Below are positions 37,756-50,636 of a DNA stretch of 64,000 nt, one piece after another. Position 1 is the stretch's first letter. Every line of letters starts with the position of its first letter. Position numbers and translations under genes: made by a program. The notes beneath the pieces were generated by a model, which made no database searches, was not told where the DNA came from, and saw only the letters and a program-made list of their open reading frames with translations. The DNA is from Octopus vulgaris (taxonomy: Eukaryota): contig OX597831.1 in NCBI GenBank assembly GCA_951406725.2, positions 48,236,001 through 48,300,000 on the forward strand, in the 5' to 3' direction.

Positions 37756-37960
37756 TGTGTGCTATTTCTGTGTTTGTTCCCCATCACCACTTGACAGACA
37801 GTGTTGGTTTGTTTACATCCTTGTAACTTTGTGGTGCAGCAAGTGGACTGTTAGAATAAGTACCAGGCTTATAAAAAAAGAAATATTTGACTGAAAAGTC
37901 TTAGAGGTGATGCCCCAGCATGGCCGCAGTGTAATGACTGAAGCAAATAAAAGATAAAGA
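37580..37960 (+). mobile_element. SINE family A, older subfamily
   Basis: Diverged head, microsatellite, CCCCAGCATGGCCGCAG tail. Confidence 0.7.
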
Positions 37961-38365
37961 TCCGTTTCTATTTTCCTATTTTCCCGGATTATTTTGCCCT
38001 CATGATTGGTCTTGCAAAAAGTATGTGCTTAAAACTAAAGAGTGTAGCAAGAAGCTTGCTACCTCCCATGCTGTGGAGGAGGAGTTTGTGGTCCTCTTCC
38101 ATAAGGGAGGGACAATAGAAAACTTCATTAAGAAGTTTTAAAGGAAGGGCTGAAGGGAGGGGATTCTGTCCTGCATATGGAGGATCTTGACTGGCCTTCG
38201 CAGGTGGTTGCGGGGGTCATATGGTAAATGGATCTGTGCAGGATAATGAACTCCTTCCCAGAGGACACTTTTAATTTTGTATTAAAGCGGCCTGACTTGA
38301 CACCATCCAGGTGTTTGACCAAGGTGAAAAGTCTAGTCAGGCAGGAAGGGTTGTAAATGTTTAAA

Positions 38366-38523
38366 GTAAGAGGCTTGGTGCCTCATTTTTATTGTTTCAT
38401 TGATTTTATAATAGAGTTGTGTAAGAGGTTTATTGCCTCACAATGGCTTTCTTGTTGTAAATGTAAGTGGTTTATTGCCTCATTGATGTTTATTTTGAAC
38501 TATGTAAGAGGTTTTTTGCCTCA
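38366..38523 (+). repeat. Array of four 20-bp stem-loop repeats with non-identical spacers
   Basis: GTAAGAGG(T/C)TTnnTGCCTCA at 38366, 38421, 38463, 38504. Confidence 0.8.
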
Positions 38524-38696
38524 AATATGGTACTTATAAAGAACAATATGCTCAGGTAAACAGCAATTGGCGGGTGTTGCTTGTTGTCCTCATTATTATC
38601 ATATCGTGTATCATTTCATTTCATTATGTCTTCATACAGCCCGCAGCTTCCTTTCTTTGTAAGGCCTTTATGGCCAATCTAATGAATAATGAATAA

Positions 38697-39088
38697 AGGA
38701 AGCTTGCTTCCCAGCCATATGCTTCCATATTCACTCCCACTCCATGGGCAAGTGTTTATTACTATAGCCTCAGGCTGACCAAAGCTTCATGAGTGGACTT
38801 AGTTGATGGAAACTGAAAGAAGCCCATTGTATGTATATATGTATATCTACGTGTGTGTATGTGTGTCTTTGTGTTATGTGTTTGTCCCCCACCACCAAGT
38901 GACAACCAGTGTTGGTGTGTTTATGTCCGGGTGACTTAGTGGTTTGATAAAACAGACTAATAGAATAAATAGCAGGTTTAAAAATAAGCAATAAGTCTCA
39001 GGGCCGATTTGTTCAATTAAAGTACTTCAAGGTGGTGCCCCAGCATGGCCACAATCAGATGACTGAAACAAGTAAGAAGGTAAAAAGA
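38697..39088 (+). mobile_element. SINE family A, older subfamily
   Basis: Homology to the A consensus. Confidence 0.75.
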
Positions 39089-40231
39089 AGAACAGTAAAA
39101 GGGTTATTAAAATCAGAATTTTTTGGAAAATATATAAAAGTTGATATTTTAAAGATTTTTTTTCTTTCTATTTATTCTAAATGTGAAAGATAGCTGTGAT
39201 GTAATAAAAGTTTCATTTATGATAAATTGTATAATTAAAACTAAGATCAGTGTATGTAACAGATAAAAAAATTACATGCATAATTTGTACACACCAAAAT
39301 GTTTACACATAATAAAGAAATAACCAAATAAAAACATTAAAAAAAAAAATCAATGCATATTTTATCCCGTTCCTGTTTATCAAAATTTTTTTTTTTTGGA
39401 AATCCTCATTTATCCATTAAAACAGTAGCTATTAATGAGCTATATGTTGCCTGCTAAATTTTGTTAGCATAAAAATTATGAAGATACTAATTGTTACACG
39501 GCCATTCTTCTACACACGAAAATTAGCCAAACTAAAAAAGAAAAAAAAAATAGATAACAACAAAAAATGTGAGATCAATATACATTTTATCTCTTTCTGA
39601 TTATTAATGTTTTTGAAATTCTAATTCATCCATTAAAAGTGTAGTTATTAATGACCTGTATGTTGCCCGCTTCAAATTGGTTACTGCTTAATTTTGTTAG
39701 CTTAAACATTATAAAAAAAAATAAATAAATAACCGAAAGCAACAAATACAACAAGTTTACAAATATGGAGAACTGTGATAAGTTTTATAATTGACATGAA
39801 GATCAGAGTATGTTTAGTGTATGTTATCAAAAAAATTACAAATGTAATTTGTATGCAGAATTGAATTTGCCTCTAGGTGTATTCTTTTTGATGCGAGATG
39901 GAAATGAATAATCAAGTGTTGAATCACAAGTCAGGAATGAATAATTTCAAAGATGTAGACAAGAAGTATATATTGCAGTGAATTAAGATAAATTTTGTTA
40001 TTTAATAAAGTAGATGTTAACAACATTGAAAAAAGAAAGATAGTAAAAGCTACATTTTTTTTGAAGATTTATCAATATTGGACTCTAAAAGATTTTTTTA
40101 TTTATTGTAGACTTAAAAAGAGGCTTTAGCTGTGTAAAAGTTACATTGATAGAAGTATGATTATTATTAGTTAATTATTATTTAACTGTCTTGCTCTCTT
40201 ATGTGTATATGTATGAACATATTTTTGTATC

Positions 40232-40580
40232 GGTGCAGGAGTGGCTGTGTGGTAAGTAGTGTGCTTACCAGCGACATGGTTCCGGGTTCAATTCCACTGC
40301 ATGGCATCTTGGGCAAGTGTCTTCTACTATAGCCTCAAGCCAACCAAAGCCTTGTCAGTGGATTTGGTAGATGGAAACTGAAAGAAGTTTGTTGTATAAC
40401 CACCATCAATTGACCATAGATGTTGGTGGGTTTATATCCCCGTAACCTAGTGGTTTGGCAAAAGAAATTGATGGAATAAGTACTAGGCTTACGAAGAATA
40501 AGTCCTGGGGTTGATTTCTTTGACTAAATGTGCTGCTCCAGCATGGGCGCAGTCAAATGACTGAAGCAAATCAAAAAGAA
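40232..40580 (+). mobile_element. SINE family A lacking the internal microsatellite
   Basis: GGAGTGGCTGTGTGGTAAG head; tail CCAGCATGG..GTCAAATGACTGAA. Confidence 0.85.
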
Positions 40581-40658
40581 AATAAATATTTTATATATAT
40601 ATATATATATAAATATTTATTTATATATATGTATATATACATATATATATGTATATAT

Positions 40659-40691
<33 letters not shown>

Positions 40692-40740
40692 ATTGTTACA
40701 TTTTGATATATGTGTGTGTGTGTGTATATATATATATATG

Positions 40741-40938
40741 TGCAGGTGGCACGTAAAAAGCACCCACTACACTCACGGAGTGGTTGGCGTTAGGAAGGGC
40801 ATCCAGCTGTAGAAACATTGCCAGATTAGACTGGAGCCTGGTGCAGCCTTCTGGCTTCCCAGAACCCCGGTCGAACCGTCCAACCCATGCTAGCATGGAG
40901 AACGGACGTTAAACGACGATGATGATGATGATGATGAT
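40741..40938 (+). mobile_element. RTE LINE 3' UTR (young)
   Basis: Near-identical to 59722-59917 and to the reverse complement of 41953-42142. Confidence 0.85.
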
Positions 40939-41190
40939 ATATATATATATGTATGTATGTGTATGTATGTATGTATGTATGTATGTATGTATGTATGTAT
41001 GTATGTATTTGTATGTATGTATAAATGTATGTGTATGTATATTTGTACAACTGGCTTCCAACTAATTTTGCCCTCACAGCGATGGTCAGCCAGAGCTTGA
41101 AGTAAAAGACATCTACACACCATGGGAAGCAAGCTAAAAATCATGGGGTTATGAAGTGGACTTCTTAACTACATGGGTTAATCTATCAAT

Positions 41191-41265
<75 letters not shown>

Positions 41266-41489
41266 ACACACACAGACACACATATATATATGTAAATGTA
41301 GAACATTGGAATGAGTGCTCAACACTGCATTGATGGATAAATAAATTCTTTATTTGTGAATTAAGGCTACCATTGGTTTCATTTTAAGAAGTGTGAGAGA
41401 ATATTCAAGTATCTTAACAATTTCCCAAGCTGATCACATGGAGAAAAGTGTTCTTCTCCATTTTGGAAAAAAGTCGATATATATATATG

Positions 41490-41670
41490 ATAGATCGTTT
41501 GCCACTACACACATTTTTTCTCTCCTTGCTTTTTCTGTGTCCCTTTCTGTAAAAGAGCGTAGGTTTGAAATGTAAAAGATTTTTCTATTCCTGAGCGTTA
41601 TACTAAGACATCTGTTTGTTTTGTACACCACCTGTCTTCGTCTTTTGTTTTTTCCATAAACTCTCTCTCT
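41490..41670 (+). mobile_element. Family F-related element with degenerate HHR
   Basis: CTTT-CTGTAAA-A-GAGC-GTAG-GTTT-GAAA-TG-TA-AAAG; relatives at 52564-52636 (-) and 52725-52840 (+). Confidence 0.55.
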
Positions 41671-41719
41671 ACATATATATATATATGTATATAATTAAGT
41701 AAAATTATATGCATAAATA

Positions 41720-41764
<45 letters not shown>

Positions 41765-41952
41765 TATTATAGTATATTTTTTCTATATGATATAGATAAT
41801 GTCTTTCACTATTGAAGTATATAACAGAGGTTATTTCTCTTAATTATATACATATAATTCTTCTTTCTTTCCTTTCCTGAGCGTCCAATAATACTATACC
41901 TGTTCCACGTCGTCGTGTTGTTGTGTTTTCTCTTTGTTTTCATGTTTGGATT

Positions 41953-42328
41953 CATCATCATCATCATCGTTTAATGCCCGTTCTCCATGCTAGCATGGGT
42001 TGGACGGTTCGACCGGGGATCTGGGAAGCCAGAAGGCTGCACCAGGCTCCGGTCTTATCTGGCAATGTTTCTACAGCTGGATGCCCTTCCTAATGCCAAC
42101 CACTCCGTGAGTGTAGTGGGTGCTTTTTACGTGCCACCTGCACTGGTGCCAGGCGAGGCTGGCATCGGCCATGGTCGGATTGGTGCATTTTATGTGCCAC
42201 CAGCATAGAAGCCAGTCGAGGCGGCACTGGCTTCAGCCACGATTCGGATGGTGCTTTTTACGTGCCACCGACATGGAAGCCAGTCGAGGCGGCACTGGCA
42301 TTGGCCACGATTCGGATAGTGCTTTTTC
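41953..42328 (-). mobile_element. RTE LINE 3' UTR inserted into the end of a family F fragment (41857-41952)
   Basis: F tail TTTGGATT interrupted; AACTATATA resumes at about 42349. Confidence 0.8.
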
Positions 42329-42373
42329 GTATCTCCAGTCCAGGGGGTAACTATATATATATGTGTGTGTGTG

Positions 42374-42604
42374 TAATTAAGAGACATAACCTCTATTAAA
42401 TAATTCAATATTGAAAGACATTATCTATATCATATAGAAAAAATATACTATAATAAATATTATTCAAAAAATCACTTAATTAAGTAAACATTTAGTAATT
42501 TAGTGATTTTTTTAATAATATTTATTATAGTATATTTTTTCTATATGATTTAGATATTGGTTTTCACTATTGAATTATTTAATAGAGGTTATTTCTCTTA
42601 ATTA
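42374..42604. repeat. Long palindrome (103-bp arms, 25-nt spacer) made of family H ends
   Basis: TAATTAAGAGACATAACCTCTATTAAATAATTCAATA... versus ...TATTGAATTATTTAATAGAGGTTATTTCTCTTAATTA. Confidence 0.9.
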
Positions 42605-42763
42605 TATACATATATTATGTATTGTGAAATTTGATTTGGAATTGCTAAATTGAATTTTTCCCTGTAAGTTTTGAATTATATTCCCTACTATTATTATTAT
42701 CATTATATATATATATGTATGTGTGTGTGTGTGTGTATGTGTGTATGTATATATGTGCATATT

Positions 42764-42952
42764 GATAAGGACAGGTGTGTAAAGAAGTGCCAATCTCTAA
42801 CTGTGGAGGGAACCTATGGTAGAGGTAGACCCAGGAAGACATAGGACAAGGTGTTGAAGCGTGATTTATGAACTTTGAGCCTCACAAAGTGAATTACTGG
42901 TGACTGAGACCTTTGGCCATGTGCTGTGCTTGAGAGGACCCATCAAGCCAAG
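42764..42952 (+). pseudogene. RTE-clade RT C-terminal remnant
   Basis: VEGTYGRGRPRKT*DKVLKRDL*..D*DLW matches the RTE GxRxRGRPxxxW..DL..DRxxW motif. Confidence 0.85.
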
Positions 42953-43214
42953 TGCACCTATGCTGATGGCACCTAAAGAACATCTTTTGAATGTTAAATT
43001 CATATATATATATATATATATATGAATTTCTTCATTATTCAACATCAATTTTTCCATGCTTGTGCAGAAAAATCCATGAGTACTTATGAAGTATTTTATA
43101 GTAAGAATATTGAAGAATGGAGTTAGCAATATTCTTTTAATATATTATTTACAATTGTTTCATCATTTCTTGTTTTAATCTCTCTTGCATCATATTGTTA
43201 GCATTTAGAAACTA

Positions 43215-43484
43215 TCGAGTTCTTGTTATGCACTATGAAAATTTTGCTTCACAGTGCTTATGGTAATCAACTCCTCAGAACATTGTAAATTGCTATATAC
43301 TGATTAATTTGGCAATTTTGTCAATAAGTACTCTCTTGCGTTTCTTTGGCCAATATGTACTTTCCTCTCTTTCTTTGGCAAAATTTCCAAATTAATCAGC
43401 ATATTACTTTTTATGGTGTTATGAGGAGTTGATTCCCAAAAGCACTGTGAAAGAAAATTTACATAGTGCATGAGAATAAATCAA
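43215..43484. mobile_element. MITE-like foldback element (about 110-bp imperfect arms)
   Basis: ATGCACTATG..TTCACAGTGCTT..AATCAACTCCTCA..CTGATTAATTTGG mirrored on the right side. Confidence 0.75.
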
Positions 43485-44557
43485 TACTTGCCAACACATT
43501 AACAATTTCATTTTAATACAGTTCACTACATTTTGAACATTTTGTTTTATATTTAATGAAACTGATTTGGACATTATGTTTTACCATCTTAAAAAGTAAA
43601 AAAAAAACATGTATGGGTTAATGTAGTTCTTTATATACTCTGTCAGAATGAAAGTGAGAGCAGTCATAGTTCGAATGCTAGATGGTTATAGATCTGATCA
43701 ATTAGGGTTTACCTGGGTCTCATGTGTGCTCAACTTCTCCCTCTAAATGCTTCTATTTGCTGTACAGAATTCTGTCAACTACTCCTGTTCGTATCATGAA
43801 CATTTTGCTGTTGACAGAGCAATTGTTAAAAGTTAATGGAGATCATCTGGTAATCATAAGAATTGGATAGTTGAAGAATGAAGGATGATATATTTTTGAA
43901 AATATATTATAAATTACAAAAAAAAAAAAATAATAAATAACTTCCTAGTCTGTATTAAGAAGAATAGCATTAACACTGTGCTGTGTTAATCAATATATAA
44001 TTATACTAGAATTAAGTTTTTATAAGTATATGGAAGTGTGCGTGCATGTGTGCATGCATGCATGTGTGTGTATGTGTGTGTGTGTATGTGTGTGTGTGTG
44101 TGTGTGTATGTGTGTGTGTGTGTGTATGTTTATATGGTTATATATTTTTAAACCAAGAAACCTGTTTTATCCATAATTTAGCAACAGTTTTGAAAATTAA
44201 CATACTGTTAAGTGTGCAAGTGAAAGCAATTAATGCAAATGGATTTTTTAATAATTAGTGCAAGGGTGAAGCATTGGAACTGACAAGATCAGTTAGCGTG
44301 CCATCCATGTAGGTTCTGTTTTCAAATCCTGCTGCAATTGATCAATTTTTTTGCTTTTGATTGTGTCATACTGACTCTACCTGAGAATTATGTGTGTCTG
44401 TGAAATAAATCTTCAATCCATTACACAGGGATTTAAGAGTTAATAATCTTGTTAACTGAACAATTGAATCTTCTCTCTCAAAACTAACAGGGACCATCCA
44501 TATACATGCATGCATGTATATGCATACATACATACATACATACATACATACATACAT

Positions 44558-44600
<43 letters not shown>

Positions 44601-44908
44601 GGCAGTTCATTTCTTCCCTGAAGATAATGGGTCATCTCATTCGACAATGGAATCTATTTACAATCATTATTTTGGACCACTGAGCCCCCAGAAATGGCTA
44701 TTGGATTTTCTTCAACTCCTTAAATTCCTGATATCATTTCTATTCTGTATAAGGCAGAATTTTTGTATCTAAACAGGTATATATTTTTTGCATTTAACGT
44801 AATAAATATTCTTCGTATACCGACCTACCTAACTTGCTTACATTTACACACATACATACGTACATGCATGCATACATACATACATACATACATACATACA
44901 TACATACA

Positions 44909-44959
<51 letters not shown>

Positions 44960-44960
<1 letters not shown>

Positions 44961-45120
44961 AAGAATAAAATGTTTTGAATGGTACAACAATGCACTATAA
45001 TATAGACCATGGGCTACATACCTGTTGTAATTTAGTCATCCATAGTCTGATATGATATTTCAGAATAATATACCTTCTTCAGATATTCATTGGTGGAGTT
45101 GCTGCTATAATCGGTTTTTC
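44960..45120 (-). mobile_element. Family O with hammerhead at 45050-45086
   Basis: ATAT-CTGAAGA-A-GG..TCT-GAAA-TA-TC-ATAT on the minus strand; homologous to 1297-1456. Confidence 0.55.
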
Positions 45121-45743
45121 TAAATATATATATATATATTTAATTATTATTGTGAGGATATAAGTACCTCTTGAAGGGATGTTAGCATCCAAATTTTACT
45201 GGTTAATTCAATGTATCAGTGAAATACTAAAAGGACGTTTATTTTTCATCGATACAAATGGGTATATTTTCATTTATGTATCCAACACTCCATTGAACCC
45301 CTTGTGCAAAACTGATTGGTATGATTGACTGTAATGAATATATAATACTGTACACTTTAATTAATTTATATCTATATATATATATATGTGACATATATCA
45401 TATGGACTAATATACCCATTGACAGGCCACTGATATGTAAAAAAGTAAAGTGTTAATGCTTAGGGTATGCCAATTAGTAACTCTAGTTTTCTGTAATTAT
45501 TGTAATTGTTGAGTATATAAACAGATTAGTTGCTTGTTTCTCTGAGGTTAGTCAAATTGATTTAGATGCCTCTTATGAGAATCCAGTATGATTATAAAAA
45601 TCAGTTAAGGTCGTTCATCATTTTTCCTTTTTCAATATATAGAGAAACAGCCAAATTCACCCTGTTTATAAAGGTACTATATAGGTTACATATATATATA
45701 TCTAAAGGTAGATAGATATTTGTGTGTGTCAATATAAGGTATA

Positions 45744-46604
45744 TGAGGTCGTTTCAAAAAGTTCCTGGACTAGTTCTCTAATCTGCCAACAGATGGCAGC
45801 ACATGGCTGCATGTGCAATAAGAGCTAGCAGTGACCTTCATGAGGCAGTGTGCCTAGTGACATCACTGCGTTTACTTCTCAAGTTGTGAAATTTGTGTTT
45901 TTGTGATCGCATGTATGCTGTAGTCTTCAATTTTTCATGGACAATAACAAAGAACCAACATGAAATTTTGCTTTAAACTTGGCAAGTTTGCTACAGGGAC
46001 ATTGAACATACTTCAGCAAGCTTACAGAAACAAAGCAATGGGTTGCATGCAATGTTTTGAGTGGCACAAGATGGGTCATATGCAAGGTTTCAAGTGCATC
46101 AAGAATTCGTCTCCAAGGGCCAGACCATCAATCAAGAATTCTACTGTGACGTTTTGAAATGTTTAGGGGAGGACATTTAGTGAAAACAACCGGATCTGTG
46201 GAGTGCAAAGAATTGGATTCTTAACGGCAACAATGCACCCTGTCATTGACCTCTCCTCGCTCGTGAGTTTCTCACCAAAAACAACATTTCATTGCTTCTG
46301 CATCTGCTCTATTCACCAGATTTAGCACTTGCAGACTTCCATCTTTTCCTCAAGATGAAAAGGCAGCTCAGAGGTCGCTGTTTTAACTCTGTTGTGAAGA
46401 TCCAAAGCAAATTGCAGAAGGTCCTCAACTCACTTGCAGAAAATAATTTCCAGGCCAGATTCCAAAAGTGGTTGGAACACTGGGACCGATGTTTTGCTGT
46501 GCAAGGTGACTATTTCAAAGGAGATGATGTTAAAACTTAGGTAAATTACGATAGTTATCGTTTATTAAACATAACTAATCTGGGAACCTTATGATTCCAC
46601 CTCG
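45744..46604 (+). mobile_element. Internally deleted mariner (Tc1/mariner) transposon
   Basis: Imperfect 30-bp TIRs, TA at left; N-terminal KFCFKLGK..CFEWHK; NAPCH; YSPDLALADFHLF; C-terminal WDRC..GDYF. Confidence 0.9.
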
Positions 46605-46753
46605 AACATTTTCTGTAGCCCATCTATTGCACCAAGACAAAACATGATAGCACTTCCAAATAGTTAAGATCAAAAGCCATGAGAGCCACTGCCTGGAATT
46701 GCATCAGGGTATTATTATTATCATTGTTGTTGTAGTTGTTGTTGTTGTTGTCG

Positions 46754-46805
<52 letters not shown>

Positions 46806-46952
46806 CATTATTAATCAAACCCCAAGGAATTTCTCTCAAGCACATAACTATGATGATCTCCCACTACTTCTGCTCATGATCAGAGATGTTAAGCCACTAA
46901 GGGACATGCTCAAATGACGGAAAGAAGTGAAAGAATAAAAGGATTATTATTA

Positions 46953-47212
46953 AGGTGGCATGTAAAAAGCACCTTTCGACTGTTGGGCCTCACACAGGCA
47001 ATGACAAATGACCAAGAGCCTTGGCAATATGCCATGCTTAAGAAGACCCATGAAGCCAAGTGAAATCATATTTGTCGTGGATACTGGTGTCACAGAACTG
47101 GCACATAAAAGCACCCATTACACTCTTGAAGTGGTTGGCATTAGAAAGGGCATCCAGCCATAGAAATCATGCCAAATCAGACTGGAGTCTGGTGCAGCCC
47201 CTCGGCTTCCCA
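46953..47212 (+). mobile_element. RTE LINE 3' fragment
   Basis: AGAAGACCCA..AAGCCAAGTGA ORF end and GGCATCCAGCC UTR motif. Confidence 0.65.
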
Positions 47213-48589
47213 GCCACTAAGGGACATGATCAGCTGGTTAAGATCAATAAAATTTCTGCTAGACTGGTGCATTGTGGCACTTATTTAACCTGAGTTCTAT
47301 TGACACTCCCTTGCTACTCACAGCATCATGTTATATAGTATATTTATAAAACACTTCATGTTACATAAATATATATCAGCAGCATTTAATATTTGCTTTT
47401 CATGCTGGCATGGCTAAAACGGTTTGACAAGGAACTAGTGAACTGTAGGGCTGCATCAAAATTCAGTGTCATCTTTGGTATGGTTTCTACTGCCTTCCAC
47501 CACCACCACCAACTGTTTGACAACCTCTGTTGGTTTGTTTATGCCCCCCCCCCTAAAAAAACCGTTTGTGGTTCAACAAAAGTGAATGTGTACCAGACTT
47601 TGAAAAAATAGTAAGTATAGGAGTCAATTGTTCAACTAAACCAGTGAAGGTGGTGCCTTGGCATGGCTGCTGTCCAATAATTGCAACAAATAAAAGGTAA
47701 AAGATAATGATATTCCACGTGGATGTTTAACCCTTTTTATGATTTTCAAGCAGTATCAGAATGACAGGGCGAATAACATGGTGAATACCATTGAATTACG
47801 AGTTCAATTCATCCAATAAGCTCTCACACAGATTCTGTCACATAGAAAACCTGTGTTGCTCACAAGTCAATGGTAAAAGACACTTGTCCAAGAATCCACT
47901 CACTGGAACTGAACCTGAGAACTCATGACTACAAAACAAACATTTTAACCATTAAGTTATGCCTCATCAACACAAGGTACTGTCTAGAAGTATTGTAAGT
48001 ACACTAACTCTGTTGTAACATCAAACATTCACTATTGATAAATCATTTTTTTTTTCTTCTTTCTATCAGTTTCATTAAAGTTTCTGATAAATTGGTGAAC
48101 TACTCAGTTTTAGCAATAAATCTCATTCTAGACTATACAATATCCCAATTCTATTGTAACCAAAACTGTCCTACATCATTACATACAAGGAGTGTTTGAC
48201 AGTAGGCCTGACAATCAAGTAGGGAATTTCATTAAGCTTCCACTGCAATATCATTTTCTTATTGTTTGATCCAAACATTAAAAGTTTTTTTGAAGTCATA
48301 AAATGTCCAGATTATCACTAATCATCTTGAATTGATTTTCTTTATCAAAATCTTTTCCTTTTTCCCCCTTTTCCCTTTTTTATCATCATTATCATCATCA
48401 TCATCATTAGCACACTGAAAAATGCTCAGCAGCATTTAATCTGTCCTTATGCTCTGAGTTCAAATTCCACCGAGGTAAGCTTTGCTTTACATTATTTTGG
48501 GGTTGAATAAATATTTCTTCCGCACTGGAATCGAGGTAATCAACTTACTCTATATTCATATTTCAGGCCTTGTGCCTTTAACAGAAAGG

Positions 48590-48703
<114 letters not shown>

Positions 48704-49047
48704 GAGTGAGAGAGCACCGCATGCTATCAAAGTGACACTGGGGTACAAATAAATATACAAAGCCCAATATACTCATCATGACTACCTATCTGATAAAGTT
48801 CCACCAGGTACATGCATCACAACCATATGTGTGTAACATGGGGATCTCATATCAAGATAAACAGCACATGACCTTGCAAGTGGGGCCAAGTTAGAATTTT
48901 ATGCAGGTCGAGTAGCCTATCTGTCGTATTGAGCAGAATATTTTCTGTAGCTCATCTGTTATACCAAAACAAAACAATGTATATAATAACACTTCCAATC
49001 AGTTAAAATCAGAAGCCACGAGAGCCACTGCCTGGTTGCATCAGGGC
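48704..49047. mobile_element. Family I element in (ATT)n array, internally deleted
   Basis: Left end GAGTGAGAGAGCA shared with 50637; right end GCATCAGGG shared with about 46710. Confidence 0.75.
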
Positions 49048-49087
<40 letters not shown>

Positions 49088-49145
49088 ATTATTATTATTA
49101 TTATTATTATCATTATTATTATTATTGTTATTATTATTATTTTAA

Positions 49146-49201
<56 letters not shown>

Positions 49202-49204
<3 letters not shown>

Positions 49205-49951
49205 TAGTTTTATTTTTATTGCATGCTTTCACTTCACTACCGAGCGCAGCTCTGTGTGCCTTGGGTATGTGCTGTGATTTGTTGTGATGCTCTGATGGTT
49301 ATTGTATGGAAAGTGTTCTGCATAGGATGTGTGCAGTGCCTAGTAGTGCAATTTTCTGTGTGTTATATGTGTTTGTAAGTCCTGGTGTTTTTGTTATGTA
49401 TTTGTCTGAATATTTTTTTATCATGCCTAATGCGCCTACTATGATAGAAATTGTTTCCGTTTTTAGATTCCACATTCTGGTTACCTCTATTTCCAGGTCT
49501 TTGTATTTTGAAAGTTTCTCCATTTCTTTTAGAGACACGTTGTCATCCGCTGGTATTGATACATCAATTAGAAAGCATTTTTTTCTTCGTGATCTCTGAC
49601 AACTATATCTGGTCTGTTGGCCTTAATTTCTCTATCTGTGTGTATCGGCATATCCTAGAGTATGGTTGCTTTCTCGTTTTCTGTGACCTTTTCTGGTGTG
49701 TGCCTATACCATCTTTTTTTGGTTGTTATTCCATAATGTTGGCATAGCTTCCAGTGTATGTAGGTCCCAACTCTGTCATGTCTGTGAATATATTCCTTCT
49801 TAGCCAGGACTGGGCAGCCAGAGATAATATGATTTATTTTTTCTTGTCTATCTCCACATATTCTGCAGTTACTTGTAATATTTCTTTTCATTACATGTTT
49901 TTGGTAATTTCTAGTGGGGAGGCTTTGGTCTTGTGCTGCAATTAAAAATCC
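49202..49951 (-). pseudogene. R4/Dong-clade non-LTR retrotransposon 3' end (CCHC knuckle plus restriction-like endonuclease)
   Basis: GFLIAAQDQSLPTRNY, CRIC..HIISGC, RHD, RPDIVV..IDV, EKLSKY, VGALG; one stop and one frameshift; 3' end abuts (AAT)n. Confidence 0.9.
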
Positions 49952-50001
49952 CCATCATCATCATCATCATCATCATCTTTATCATCATCATCATCATCAC
50001 C

Positions 50002-50072
<71 letters not shown>

Positions 50073-50525
50073 TAAGGTGGCAAGCTGGCAGAAACATTAG
50101 CATGCTGAGCAAAATGCTTAGCAGGATTTCGTCCGTCTTTATGTTTTGAGCTCAAATTATGCTGAGGTCGGCTATTCCTTTCAGCCTTTCAGGATGGGTA
50201 AATTAAGTACCAGTGAAACACTTGGGTCGATGTAATCAACTAGTCCCCCTCCCACAAAATTTCAGGCCTTATACTGTTAGTAGAAAGGATTATAACTATT
50301 TTAATTATTTAAAGGTGCTGAGCTGGCAGAACCGTTAGTGTGCTGGATGAAAGTTTTAGTGATGTCTCGTCCATTGCTACATTGTGAGTTCAAATTCGGC
50401 CAATGTCGACTTTGCCTTTCATCCTTTTAGTTTCAATAAAATAAGTACCGGTTGAACACTGGGGTTAATGTAGTCGACTCATCCCCACCTCCACAAGCTG
50501 TCCCTGTGGCAAAAAATTTGAAATA
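50073..50525 (+). mobile_element. Two tandem SINE family B copies (50073-50292, 50311-50525)
   Basis: AAGGTG..GCTGGCAGAA heads and central domain repeated. Confidence 0.75.
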
Positions 50526-50580
50526 ATGATAATAATAATAATTATTATTTTTTCTATTATTATCATTATTATTATTATTA

Positions 50581-50636
<56 letters not shown>

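Noticed and set aside
38366-38523. CRISPR array
   Set aside because: Eukaryotic context, no cas genes, short degenerate repeats and uneven AT-rich spacers
49000-49047. HDV-like ribozyme at the end of family I
   Set aside because: Only a short GCC(C)TG/CAGGC hairpin; nested double pseudoknot not found
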